Notes under the pieces: model-generated | Databases searched by the model: none | Told to the model about the DNA's origin: nothing | The model's input: the letters and a program-made list of their open reading frames with translations, nothing else | Shown: in pieces, positions 26,706 through 38,948 of the stretch | How the letters are laid out: the number at the start of each line of letters is the position of its first letter | Position numbering within the stretch: position 1 is the stretch's first letter | Made by a program: the position numbers and the translations under genes | Assembly (NCBI GenBank): GCA_030770535.1 | Contig: JASVEC010000026.1 | Location: 372,001 to 436,000, forward strand | Direction of reading: 5' to 3' | Length of the DNA stretch: 64,000 bases | Origin: Batkoa obscura | Lineage: Eukaryota

Positions 26706-28628
26706 ATGTGGACTAAACAGGAAATTGATAATAATAACGTCAGTAATAGTATAAATAATAATATCAAAAATAACGACAGAAATAATAACTATAATAACAT
26801 CACTAATAATAATACCCCTATTACTAATAACACCCCAGAAGCTAGTGATAATATAAGTGATTTCAATTCAATTCAATATAGTCTAAGAAGATGTGATCAG
26901 TGCGCTAAAGGTCATAGGAAATGCGATCGAAGGTTGCCACAGTGTTTATCATGTACAAGCAAACTAAAGATATGTACTTATTTAAAGTATGCTTATAAAA
27001 ACAATGATGCGTTTAACCTATCAAGTATAAATAATTACACTGTGAAGTTCGCTGAAGATAAAAAAGGATATAAAAGAAAAGGAAAGAAGGAAGAATTACT
27101 TTTAAGTAGTAATGACAACGATGATAAGTTAGTCACGAAATCATTTTATATACAGAATATCTCGAGTGGGATGATCAAATATTATACAATGAAGCAATTC
27201 TTTAACAGGTTTCCAAGGAAAGGAATATTTGAAAGTATGTCTACTTTATTACAACACCCAACACCATTTAAAAATAACAATAAGCTATTGCTGTTTTTTC
27301 AAATTGCAGATAACTACCAAACGATAAATAAAGAGTGTCGAATTGATCTAAGGAATTCGCAAAAGTTAATAAAAGGAAGCTATCATGAAAATCTTCAAAC
27401 AATTTTAAAGGAAGCTTATATAAATTATTTTAAATATTACAACACCAATTACCCATTATTTATTAAAAGAGAATTTAATTATAATTTGAGGAGTAGGAAT
27501 CTAAAGTTGGCTATCTTATTAGGTGGCTTAAACAAGATGAAAGTGAATTCAACAAACAGCTCGATAATGAATTTTATCCAAGATAAATTAAATGAAGATA
27601 TAAGGAGTCCCTATAGATTAGCCATAACTTTAGAAAATGTTCAAGCGGTATTTGTATTAATGCAAAGTTCTTATTCTACTCCTTGGTTAACATATAGCTT
27701 TGAAATCTATTACTCCTATTGTATAAAAGGAATTGATATACTTGGTTTACCATTTAATTTCAAAAAATTAAGTTCACAAAGTAGAAAAGAAAGGGTACTA
27801 TTGTATGCTACTTTGTTATATTATTATCATTTTCTTGGCCTATTCCTTAGGCTTAATTTTTCATTACCTTATCAGCCTTACTATTTAAAACAATATTTTA
27901 GACGCATCCAAATGGATATTTTAAAGTTTCAATGCTTGAAAAAGAATAAGGATATTGATTTTTATTATCAAATTTTATTAGCATCTTTTTATAATGAAAT
28001 TGGCTCTATTTTATATTCTATTCGACTATTAAAAGAGAGTTATATTAATAATATAGAAATTATGCGTGTGGATAAGAGTGATAATTATAGTGACAACAAT
28101 AGCATCAAAAATGTAATTAAACGGATTCAAAAAGTAAAAGATCATTATTTTAAATTATTTTTATTATTAAAATTACAAACAAATAATAACATTGCTAATA
28201 ACAATCTTAATTATAACTTTCATTATAATCAACGTATCTTGTTTATCTGTCATTTTTTGATCTTTTTTAGCAAAAGTTTAAAGTTCTATAATTTAAATGA
28301 TGATGACTTTAACTCCAGTTTCCATAATAACTCAGAAAATAAAAGCTATTTATCAGAAACCATAATAGAATGTGTAACATATATAAACCACGGTATCCAA
28401 TTACCTCCAGGTACCTTATCTAACATCGATGTTGCTTTATTAAGTCATGGTATTGCTTTTTTTGTTAGATATCAACCTTATTCCCGTTGGAATTTAAAAT
28501 GGATTATAAATCAAAGTTTTGAGTTTTTAAACCAATGTGCTAAATTAGAAACTTATCTTTCGACTGCCTCTATTAATAATAAAATCAATCTTTTGATCAA
28601 AAATACCCTTTTTGAAAGGCAGAAATGA
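26706..28628 (+). CDS. Zn(II)2Cys6 fungal-type transcription factor with middle-homology region
   Basis: CDQCAKGHRKCDRRLPQCLSCTSKLKIC zinc cluster; YFKYYNTNYPLF middle-homology motif; intronless, 640 aa. Confidence 0.92.
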   Translation: MWTKQEIDNNNVSNSINNNIKNNDRNNNYNNITNNNTPITNNTPEASDNISDFNSIQYSLRRCDQCAKGHRKCDRRLPQCLSCTSKLKICTYLKYAYKNNDAFNLSSINNYTVKFAEDKKGYKRKGKKEELLLSSNDNDDKLVTKSFYIQNISSGMIKYYTMKQFFNRFPRKGIFESMSTLLQHPTPFKNNNKLLLFFQIADNYQTINKECRIDLRNSQKLIKGSYHENLQTILKEAYINYFKYYNTNYPLFIKREFNYNLRSRNLKLAILLGGLNKMKVNSTNSSIMNFIQDKLNEDIRSPYRLAITLENVQAVFVLMQSSYSTPWLTYSFEIYYSYCIKGIDILGLPFNFKKLSSQSRKERVLLYATLLYYYHFLGLFLRLNFSLPYQPYYLKQYFRRIQMDILKFQCLKKNKDIDFYYQILLASFYNEIGSILYSIRLLKESYINNIEIMRVDKSDNYSDNNSIKNVIKRIQKVKDHYFKLFLLLKLQTNNNIANNNLNYNFHYNQRILFICHFLIFFSKSLKFYNLNDDDFNSSFHNNSENKSYLSETIIECVTYINHGIQLPPGTLSNIDVALLSHGIAFFVRYQPYSRWNLKWIINQSFEFLNQCAKLETYLSTASINNKINLLIKNTLFERQK

Positions 28629-29412
28629 GCATGCTGTTTTTGCTAACCTGGTGTTCCTCTCTTGCTCCCTTGTTTTCCTTCTTGATAGTTACTTTATGTT
28701 CCTTCCTAATAATTAAATAAAACTAATTTTATAATTAATTTCATAATTTATATTTGGCAGTATATCGCCAACACACAACTAAATTATTCTTTTTTAGAAA
28801 AAATAAAAGAATCTATAGAATCACAAATATCTAATCGTCTATTGTTGCTAAGTATATAGTTAGCATTGGTTACTAATTGAAAACTAACTTTAAACTTTAT
28901 TTTATAGTTTAAAGGAACGATAGTAGTCACAATTGAATATGAAGAAGCAAAACGATGTTTGCGTAATAAAGCTTTAAGACAAAAGGACATGTTTAAATTA
29001 ACAATAAATAAACTTACTGAACATGATAAAAAGAATAACTATTTCAAAAAACCTTGAAGAGAAAGCCATGCCCATAAGAGCCAAATGAGCTTCCAAGTGT
29101 TTTATTTTAAAAAAGCTAAGCTTAAGTGTACTATAATGAATATATCTGGGGTATGCCAAAGCAGTTTAAGAAATAATATAAAATTAAAAAGATATTCCAG
29201 TCGATATCTGCCATCTTCAGATTAAGTAAAGTTACACTATTGTCTGTTTAAAAAGAACAAATTTAATTTCTAATAAACTTTATTGCGAAATAATTGAAGC
29301 AGTAGTTTAAATAACTTGGATTTTCCAAAAAAAAAAATTTAGTCCATTTTCTTCTCTTACTCAAACATCATAGAATAGTATCATTATTAACAACAATTTA
29401 TACTCTCAGAAG

Positions 29413-31248
29413 ATGTATAATCCAATTCAAATACCCGCTAATAGTAGTCAAGTAATTACCAAAGATATGCTACCTAATACTTATCGATGTAGGCAATGTG
29501 CTAAAGATCATAAAAGATGTGATAAGAAATTCCCAAAATGTCAAAGGTGTATTAATCTAGATAGAAGCGAGTGTGTTTATATAACAAAGCCAGTTATAAG
29601 GCCTATGATCAAAAAAGAGAAACCAGTGAAGGTAATAAAGAAAAAAGAAAAAGCCAATGTAAGGAAAAGGGGGAGTAAATTAGATTTAGAATTAAGAAGC
29701 AATATGAAAATATTTAAACTCCAAACACAGCCGAAGATAATACTTAATGTAATAAACATGGATAGCGATGGTAGTAGTTTATATCAGCAATTATATCGTT
29801 CATTTCCACAAAAATGTTCATTTGAGCACCTATTAACAATGAGTCAATATCCTCAGTTTCATTTGAAAAATCCAAGGTTTAATCTATTTATTAATTTAAC
29901 ACAGAAGTATCGATCCATTGTTAAAAATCTCAATTACCATAAGCCATCAGTACAATATGAAGATTTGATATTATATGAAAATATGAATAGTAAGTCTATA
30001 AAGGAAGAGATCAATGGAGTGTTAAGTCAGGCGTATAATAGTTATTTTGAGTATTACAATGCTACATTCCCACTATTCTTGAAGAAAAAATTCAATTTTA
30101 AACATATAAATTACTATTTGAAGTTAGCTATCTTATTAAGTGGTCTTGGCAGGATGAAAAAAAGTGAATTAGTCAGTTATTTAATCGACACTATCCAACT
30201 CAAACTATATAATAAATTTAAGTATTTTTATACACTACCGCCAAGTTTAGCGATGATTCAAACTTTATTTATATTAATACAAAGTAGTTTAAACATTGCT
30301 TGGATCTGGGCCAAAGTAGAGCATTATTCAGATTATTGTATTAGAGCAAGTTACGCCATCGGACTTCATTTAAATTATCCTAAATATAACACAAAAGTTA
30401 AAACAGAAAGGATAATGTGTTATTGTTCATTAATGGCGTTTCGATTTATTATGGCTTTATCTTATAAAAATACTTTTCCTTTGCCTTATCGACCTAAAGA
30501 ATTGGATAAACAATTTAACAAGATTTTGGGGACTTTAATAACCGGAAATGGCCTTAATAATAAGCTGCACAATAGTGACCTGGAGTTTATTTATTCAATA
30601 ATTCTGATATCCTATTACAATGAGTTGAGTTCGATTATTTATTCGATTAAGCAATTGAAAGAAAAATACATTAATTATGATTATAGACAAAAGAATGACA
30701 CAGTTAGAGTTGAATTGTTTACTAGGAATGCATCCATTAAAAAGAAATATTGCTTTATTTTCTTATTGTTGAAGATTCAATTGACAAATTCAAATAGCAA
30801 GAACCACAACGTACGGACGATTGATAGTTTTTTACGATCAATTGATCAAATACAACTTCGAATTTTGTTTTTTCATCATCATTGTAAATACTTCCTATTC
30901 GGTTTATTATTTTACAACTCAATGAACTCGCTAAATTCAATACCCAACTTTCCAGAAGACAGCAATCTTGTTGTACAAGCATTGGTAGAATGTAAGGCCT
31001 ATCTAAGCTATGCTATCCAATTGAACCAATCTCTTAACCCTAGTTTAGATCTCAATATTATTAACGAAGGCATGGTATTTATTATAGGTAATTATAAACA
31101 TTCCAGTTTGAATTTTAAATCCGTTTTATTCAAAGTCATGGATCATACTAATCGTCTAGCTAATTCTCATTCCGCTTTTTCAAGAGTCAATTTTTTGGAT
31201 AATAACATTTATCGACATCTGTTTCAATTATTTAAAATTAAGCGATAA
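29413..31248 (+). CDS. Zn(II)2Cys6 fungal-type transcription factor
   Basis: CRQCAKDHKRCDKKFPKCQRCINLDRSEC; YFEYYNATFPLF; AIGLH; intronless, 611 aa; tandem paralog of 26706-28628. Confidence 0.93.
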   Translation: MYNPIQIPANSSQVITKDMLPNTYRCRQCAKDHKRCDKKFPKCQRCINLDRSECVYITKPVIRPMIKKEKPVKVIKKKEKANVRKRGSKLDLELRSNMKIFKLQTQPKIILNVINMDSDGSSLYQQLYRSFPQKCSFEHLLTMSQYPQFHLKNPRFNLFINLTQKYRSIVKNLNYHKPSVQYEDLILYENMNSKSIKEEINGVLSQAYNSYFEYYNATFPLFLKKKFNFKHINYYLKLAILLSGLGRMKKSELVSYLIDTIQLKLYNKFKYFYTLPPSLAMIQTLFILIQSSLNIAWIWAKVEHYSDYCIRASYAIGLHLNYPKYNTKVKTERIMCYCSLMAFRFIMALSYKNTFPLPYRPKELDKQFNKILGTLITGNGLNNKLHNSDLEFIYSIILISYYNELSSIIYSIKQLKEKYINYDYRQKNDTVRVELFTRNASIKKKYCFIFLLLKIQLTNSNSKNHNVRTIDSFLRSIDQIQLRILFFHHHCKYFLFGLLFYNSMNSLNSIPNFPEDSNLVVQALVECKAYLSYAIQLNQSLNPSLDLNIINEGMVFIIGNYKHSSLNFKSVLFKVMDHTNRLANSHSAFSRVNFLDNNIYRHLFQLFKIKR

Positions 31249-31899
31249 TAAGTCATTCTTAGTTTTTAAGTATTATCTTCAGGTTTATTATTTTTTATAT
31301 TTTAAAATTATCAAAAAAAATGTTACTCACTGCAATGTAGCTTACATTTATAGCATTATATTTTGACTCTCTTCCGTTTCAAGTTTATCAGCTATGCTCT
31401 TGATCATTTTCTCGTAAAATTCAAAGTTTAGTTGTATATATTGCTTATTAATTGACATTGTGATTTCACCAAGTACTTTTTGTTTTCACTGCCTTCTAAA
31501 TCTTTACAGAACCCTTTACCACTTGAACTTCGGATTCATCGCAGTTACCAATCCCCTGCCGATCTTCTTTATAGAGTAGTAAACTATGGGCCATCTTGAG
31601 TACAAACTTGTAGCTGCTCATCAACCTCGATCTAAAAATATCAAGTTGTAGTTAAAATCTCTTTTTCTTTGGTATCTCCTATTAGTCATGTCCTCTTAAA
31701 TTTGTTAAAAAAATTTATCTCATAAACTTTATATACCTTATTAAAATTTAAAAAAATATTGATCATAATAGCATGATTTTTTTAAATACAGTCATTCATA
31801 CTTTAGTTGATTAAAATAATCAAACTTTATTAAAATTACAAAGTTGATTTAAATCATGAATAAAATTTAAACTAAATTTATCTTTTTATTTACTCCAAA

Positions 31900-32705
31900 A
31901 TGTCATTAAATTTTGATTTATTACCAGATATCGTATTGTACGAGATATTTAAATTTTCAGATCCAGATGAATTATTTAAGCTATGTTTCTTAAGCAAATA
32001 CATATTTAAAAATGTAAGTAGAACTATTAAATATAATTTAAATCATTCAGTTTATGAAAACTATAGAACATTACCCAAATATCATAATTATCAATATGAA
32101 TTTAGTGAACAAAAGGAATAATTATTGAAGCATATAACTGTATACCATAGCTTTTTTCAAATATTTAAATCGCTGTCCGAATGTAGAATCTATATATTAT
32201 AAGATTGAAAATGATATCTATATGAATTATGATGTCAATTACAGTAGTTATGAGATTAAAAACAATAATTATAATGTCAAAACAATAATAATGATAGGAG
32301 TTGTAATATTTACAATGGTTATAGTAGTTCCGAATATGATAGTAATGAGTATAGTGATAATGATGGCAAATTTCAGAATAATAATGATGATGTTAAAAGC
32401 AATGACATTGATAGTAACAAAAACAATAATGATAGCAAAATAAGTAACAAGCTAATAAAATTAAAAAATATAAAACTATCTTTTATAAATTATAGACAAT
32501 CATTTGAGTTACTTCAAAGCTATTTAAAGCAAATCAAAGTATTTGAAGTTTATGATTAGCAACAATATTTATAAGGATGTAAAGACTTACTCTGTTATTA
32601 AATATTTAAGCCCAGATAACTCAATGTCACTTAAAATATGCTCCAACAATAATCTAAATTTTAAAAGATTAAATACTTTTAAATTAAATTCATTAACTTA
32701 AAAGT
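31900..32705 (+). pseudogene. F-box-like family pseudogene (copy C), 3'-truncated
   Basis: MSLNFDLLPDIVLYEIFKFSDPDELFKLCFLSKYIF is an F-box-like N-terminus. Premature stop at 32119-32121; homology ends just before the MITE at 32723. Confidence 0.75.
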
Positions 32706-32722
32706 CAAATAAAAGTATATAT

Positions 32723-32819
32723 AGGGGTGTTTTTTTGGCTTCATTACTTTTTCCATTTTTTAAGCACTGTTTGAGAGGAAACATTGTTAGTAAAATTCTT
32801 AAACAAAAAAATACGTCTT
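32723..32819. mobile_element. ~98-bp MITE copy 3 (degraded termini)
   Basis: Internal sequence matches the consensus; the right terminus has eroded to GTCTT; ATAT on the left. Confidence 0.85.
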
Positions 32820-33270
32820 ATCTGTCTATTGTTTATTATTTATTATTTAAAATGCTTATATTTGTATTTTTAAAACATTCTCATATTTATTTCTAAATCA
32901 AACTATTTATTATTAGTTTATTTAAATAAATATACTTATTATAAATATAAAAGTCATTATTTTTAAAATTGCTATATTTTAATTAAAAATGTTTTAAATA
33001 AAATAATATTATTTATATAAATTAGTTTAAATAAAGAAGTTTTAAAATTAATTTAGCTTTTAATAAGTTTAAACAACTTAGTAAAGTAATATGAACTATA
33101 AAAACTAATTTTATATTTTATATTTTAATATTTAAACATTTGTTTTATTTTATTTTTATGTCAAAAACTATATGTTTTTTTATGATATTATATTATATTA
33201 AAAAAATTAAAAAAGTTAAATACTAAATATTAAAATTAAATTATAAAAGCTAAAAATTTAAATACACAAA

Positions 33271-33330
33271 AATGTTTTTTCTGACTTATCACTTTTTTCA
33301 TTTTTTAAATGCTATTTGAGCAGAAAAAAT
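33271..33330. mobile_element. Truncated, degenerate MITE fragment
   Basis: tcacttttttcattttttaaatgctatttgagcagaaaaa matches the MITE interior. Confidence 0.6.
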
Positions 33331-33624
33331 ATATCTTTATATAATTATTTTAATTAAAAATTCTGCTATGCTAATAATAAATGAAAAAGCTATCTAAGAT
33401 ATTAATATGCTAATGTGACTAAAAAATAAAACATTAAAATGGCAGGTACAAGTTTGAAATTTAAAATTCTATTAAATAATTAAATTAAAATTTGTAATAA
33501 TTAAATTTAAAAAATATACAAATAAAAAAATAGTCAATATATAGTTTTTTATTTATTTATTTTTTAAATTTTTATAAATAAAATAAACAGATATATGAAA
33601 TTAAAGTTTTTTTTATAAATAATT

Positions 33625-34100
33625 ATATGGTGTGAAAGTTGGTACTCAGTGGTAGGAGTTAAAAGCAGTCATTGCTTGATTAACTTGCCTTGAGTCGAAC
33701 AGTCTTAGTTTATGTAACTAAGATAGATTTAACTTAATAGGAATAATATGTAATAAGCTACGAATTATGTAAAACAAATATAATAGACAATACTACTGTA
33801 AAATCTACGTAAGATGTTACCAGAAAGACTTAGTGGCTTTATTAATAGTACGATATCAGGGATTAATCCAATTAAAAAAGCCTCGAGTTATCATGTTGAA
33901 GAATCTCTTTTATACTCTTTGCAGTGCGAAGTTAGAAATTCTCATAGCAAATCAAAACAAGGAACTCTGGATTGATTATACCACATGGTTCACGGTTAAA
34001 TTGATTACAAGACTACAACTAGTTTTGTAATCAAGTTCAATGATTATTATGTTATAATTAATCCGAGAGCTGATAAACCAATATTTCACAAGTATTAAAA
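33625..34100 (+). mobile_element. Relic homologous to the 5' part of the Sola2-like transposon
   Basis: Aligns by eye with the reverse complement of ~48780-49155 (shared blocks cttagtttatgtaactaagataga, aataagctacgaa, cagaaagacttagtggctttatta and gagctgat..a..atatttcaca). Confidence 0.8.
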
Positions 34101-35928
34101 AAAACTTTTAAATATAATAGCTTTTTTTTTGAATTTTATTACATTTAGTTCGATAAGCCAGTTTTATTTTCTAGTTATTTTTATTTCTATTAGTTTTTAT
34201 ATAATTTTTTTTGTTTTATTATAGTTTGCTTAATTTTTTTTTAGCTATTAAAACCAATTTTTTTAAATTTATTATAAGCATTTAATTAAAAAACTTTTAT
34301 AAATTTTTTATTAAACACTAGATTTTATATAGACAATACTATTAAACTTATAAGTTATTTTTAAATATCAAAAGCAATTTTAAAATTTTAATTAAAAAAT
34401 ATATCTAAAAATAAATAAAACATTATAAATGGTTTTTCTTTAATAGTATAACATTTTTATATTTTTTTAGATTAAAAATATAATAAAAGAATTGAGTTAT
34501 TAATATTAAAGTAATAAAATTTAATGAAATTATTATTAACTTGTGTTTATATTTAAAGAAGTTTTTTTTAAAAAGCTATAAATTTAAAAATTCAAATTTA
34601 TATACATATTATTTAAAATATAGCTAAAAATAGAAAAATAATATAACAAACTTATATAAAGTTAACAAAATGTAGTAAATAAGACTTAAATATATATTTA
34701 ATAAGTTTTGTTTAAAAAATGTATATTAAAATAGTCAAAAAGCTTAAGTTTTAGTTATTAATTAAGTTTTGAAGATAAACTTCTGCAAAATAAAATTTCA
34801 TGTTACTTTTTTTAACTGGTAACAAAAAATTTGTTTTATGTAAATTTTTAAAAAGAATAAAAGTATATTAGTACATACCCCAAATTAGTTTTTTGTTTTT
34901 TATAGCTTTTTTTATTTTTAAAAAAATGTCCCCATTAAGTAAAAACAACCTGTATATTTAAAAAGGCAAGAGTTTTAAAAAAATTCATTGCTGTATGCAA
35001 GTGTATTATCTACCTAAGCAGTTAGTTAAGTTTAGTATGGCCTTGGTTAGTATATTTAAATAGCCAACTGGGTCAAAGGATAAAGTTACCATTTTTAAAT
35101 GAAAATAATTAATAGCTTAAAAATAGTATAAAAACTACTATTAAGAGTGAAAATAGATAAGATAAGACATCATCGTCTTTTAAAATTTTAAGATTAAATA
35201 TTTTGATGTGTTTGAAATTTGTTATAGTTGGAAAGTTAAAACGAAAATTTTAACAAAATCTTAAAAAGTTTAACGACTTTTAAATGTTTTATTTATAACT
35301 AGAAGTTATAATAATAATAAAATAGAAGAACAATAATAGAAAATTATAATAACGTAAGATTAATATAACTATTTGGATTCAATATTAAAAAGATTTTAAG
35401 AAAAAGGATTAAATAGAATATTAAGCAGGAAGGAGGCTAACTCAAGCCAACTTTTGCCTCTTGAGGGAAAGACTTATTGATAGTTTTTTTAATTATACAA
35501 TTAAAAACAAATAATATAAAAATAATACAAAGACGTATCATATGTAATTAATTCACCGTGAAAGCTAAAGAGCTTTTAATTATTCAAATAATCAAATTCA
35601 ATTAAATTAAATATTCGATTATCTTAAAATAGTAAATGTATCGAAATTCAACATTGAATTATAGTATTGATAAAAATTAGCATTTGAACATGAGTTAAAT
35701 GACTATAAACTATAAATGAATAAACACATAATAATATTAAACACGTTTATAGTTCTTTTAGCTTTAATAGTATTTAAATGACCTTAATCTATAAATAATT
35801 AGAATAAAATATAAATAGCGATAAAAACATCGAATCTTATTAAATAAAACAATTGGTCAAACGAAATAGAATCAACAATAATAATTCAACTTGGAGAAAA
35901 ACTATACATAAATCCAATAGTCGAATTG

Positions 35929-36555
35929 ATGTTAAGTTTTTTTCCATTAGCTATTGATATAATTATACTTTATAAAAATATAGTTACAATTAAATTTATA
36001 CGTTTCGTTTCATCCTTTTGGTTCATTTATTCTTTTATTGTTTTAATAGGTATGATAATTTTATCTTATAAACAAACTCTTTCCTATCATACCACAGATT
36101 TTAAAATTAGCTTATCTGCACTTATCATAGTTTCATGTTTTTCTCTCTTTGTACTATATAGCGATACTTTAGTAAATGTACCAATTCGGTCAGTTTGTGG
36201 TTATTTAATATGGGCTTTATTTACTGTTTTTGTTGGAAATGAATTAATTGATTTAATAATAATCCTTATTTTAACTATTATCTTTGAAGTGTTGGTTGTT
36301 CCCTTTGGGGAAAAAGGATTAATCATTACATGTTTTTGTATCGGATCTTGTTTAACATTGTATAAGATACAAATTACTATCCCTAGCTCAATTACATTAA
36401 CAAATATTTTAGATATCTTAGAAAAAGCTTCACTGACAATTTGTGTGGTTTTTATTATCTTAAAACTTATTGTTTTCGGTAACTTTGTTTATAGTGATCA
36501 AGGGTTGTATAGAAAGAAATTGGGAGCTAATAATCTAAAGTATTATGCAATTTAA
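35929..36555 (+). CDS. Hypothetical multi-pass membrane protein
   Basis: Uninterrupted ~208-aa ORF with about 6-7 hydrophobic segments. No recognised family; the start is uncertain. Confidence 0.5.
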   Translation: MLSFFPLAIDIIILYKNIVTIKFIRFVSSFWFIYSFIVLIGMIILSYKQTLSYHTTDFKISLSALIIVSCFSLFVLYSDTLVNVPIRSVCGYLIWALFTVFVGNELIDLIIILILTIIFEVLVVPFGEKGLIITCFCIGSCLTLYKIQITIPSSITLTNILDILEKASLTICVVFIILKLIVFGNFVYSDQGLYRKKLGANNLKYYAI

Positions 36556-37242
36556 TATTGTTATTTTAGATTATATGCCACATAAGAATCCCGCGTCATC
36601 CCAATGCTATCAAATTAGATCGTGTGTTGAATATAGTATGGCTAATGGTTTATAAAGGCTACTCAGGGCCGGCTTATTCAGCGTTGTGCCCAAACTCACA
36701 GACGTAAGTTCAAATCTTTTAAGAAATTAAACTGGAAAAAAATGATAGCATTCATTTGAACTTAACAAAGCTCACATTAACGTTCTCCTCTCTTAATATC
36801 TACCCCTTAAGTTTGTTATCATTTATTGTGTCATGAATAAACAATTCTACTATATAAATGAGTAGCCTAAAGAATTATATTGATACCTAACAAATTTAAA
36901 ATACCTAAAAATATTATGGAAAATATCGATATTAACGCTTATTTAACTATGTAGCTTAGGTTTTTATTTGTATCAATAATTTGCTAAAAAAAGAAAAATG
37001 TGGTGTTTTGAATATTATTGAATTATTATTAAACTCATTTGTTGTCTTATTTTTGTGAGTTAAGTATAATAGTGTAAATACAGCTTTAACAGTATATGAA
37101 TCGTTTCAATTTAGTTATACTCGTAATTAAAATAATAAAAAGTAGTAAAATAAAGAGTAAAAATGGAAACCTGGTCAATATTTAATAATTAAAATTTAAA
37201 ATGGTAAAAACTGTATTAGAATTAGGGGCAAAGATACTCATA

Positions 37243-38437
37243 AGGTTCCCATGTTAACATTGGGGCCTCTTGTGATTTTTTTATAAAAGTCATTATTCTT
37301 AGATGTAATGGGGGCAATAAATAATAGAAGAATGGTAGGTTTGAAAGCAATCTCTATATTTATACTTGATATGTTGGATACATCAATTTCTATGATTTTA
37401 AGGTTTGGGAAGAAAGATAGGAAATAAAAACTTTGAAAGTGAAATATTTACTGCCCAAGTAATTGTTATTCGGTTTGTAAATGGACACATAAATAAATTA
37501 TACTCAAAAACACTATTAACCCCGTTTTCATTAGAATTAAGCCCTTCCATTATATTTTGAAAAATTAAAATCTCCCTTTGAAATAATATTGCTATCCTCT
37601 ATTGAATTTATATTGTTGCGGCCAGTTCCATACAAAAAACTGGAAACACCAAGTAGTTTAACACTATTCAATCTTCTAAGATCCCTAAAATATTCAAGAT
37701 CGAAGTTAGTATCAAGATTAGCTTCAATTATTAAGTCTATTTTCAAAACAAAGTTAATGCTTGGATTAAACCCATTAGTAGTAATAAAGCTATTTAATAT
37801 TAAACTTGTCAGCTTTAAATTAGTAAACTCTGTCTTAATTTTATTTAAACTCTAAAGATTTATTATCCTCTCACACTCTATAGAAAGCGTTTTTACTTTA
37901 TTAGGGGTCAAAAAGTCAATAAAGTCCTTAATATCTACCTTATGAAATCCAATTCCTAAATTTTCAGTTTGATCCAAATAACTTAAAGGGGGATTTATTG
38001 CTTCTGGAAACACTCCTCCAATATCAGGTATGGCTAATTTTCTCGATTCTGGTAATTGTATATTTATTTCCCTACTGTCAATATAGGTATAATAGCCCTC
38101 ACTATAAGTAATAGCTATTAAATTTGGACACTGATTTAGAAGATAAAGATTATCTCTGTCTATATGCAAATGCTTCATTTCAGCTCCATTTCTTGAAATA
38201 AACCTGCCTTGATACTTTTTTGGAATTCTTATACTTAACACCATTATCCTCTTCGCTTTCGTCTTCATCCTCAGAGTCACCTTTATTGTATATCGAATAA
38301 AGTATCTTATATCTAATAGCTTTATCTGTGGCACCAAATAAATGCTTATTTAATAAGCTCAAATTAAATAATTCTCTTATATTGATTAACTTTAATGTCT
38401 CATATAACGAATCATCAGGTAATTGATAAAATTTCAC
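37243..38437 (-). pseudogene. F-box-like/LRR-like family pseudogene (copy D)
   Basis: KFYQLPDDSLYETLKLINIRELFNLSLLNKHLF...KAIRYKILYSIY, then KYQGRFISRNG and LNQCPNL after a frameshift. The start codon is GTG; further stops follow. Confidence 0.7.
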
Positions 38438-38948
38438 TTTAGTTTAAAAAGAGAAAAGCAAAATTATTTCTAGTTGATATTTATATATCCAATAATAATA
38501 CATTATGTCGTTTTTAAAAATACTTTAACAAATCATGGATATTGTAACTTTTCACAGTATAATTTTTGGTTATAGTCATAGTTATAATAAAAAACACAAT
38601 TTGAAATAAAGCTGTTAGCTGATGGAGATCAGGAGGTTATTAAAGAAGAAGGATATTTTAGTTAAAATTTATGAAGTGGAATATCACCTTAAATTTATCA
38701 AGGCGTTAAACAAAAATAAGTGAATTTTAGATATAGTTTATATTCTATTAAATAACACTAAGTTTGTTGTTTGATTTTTGTTTTTATCTGAATTCAAATT
38801 AAATAACATAATACTCAATTGAAATATCTTTTACTATAACATGTTTAGAAAAAAAATCAAACTAACAAAGCATATAAAAGCTGTAATATTTATATATTTC
38901 TATTATTTAATATATTAAGAGGAATATTCATAATAAACATTACGTTGC

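Noticed and set aside
17131..32819. MITEs at 17131 and 32723 as part of the inverted duplication
   Set aside because: They have the same orientation on the plus strand and occupy non-equivalent positions in the F-box copies, so they are independent insertions.
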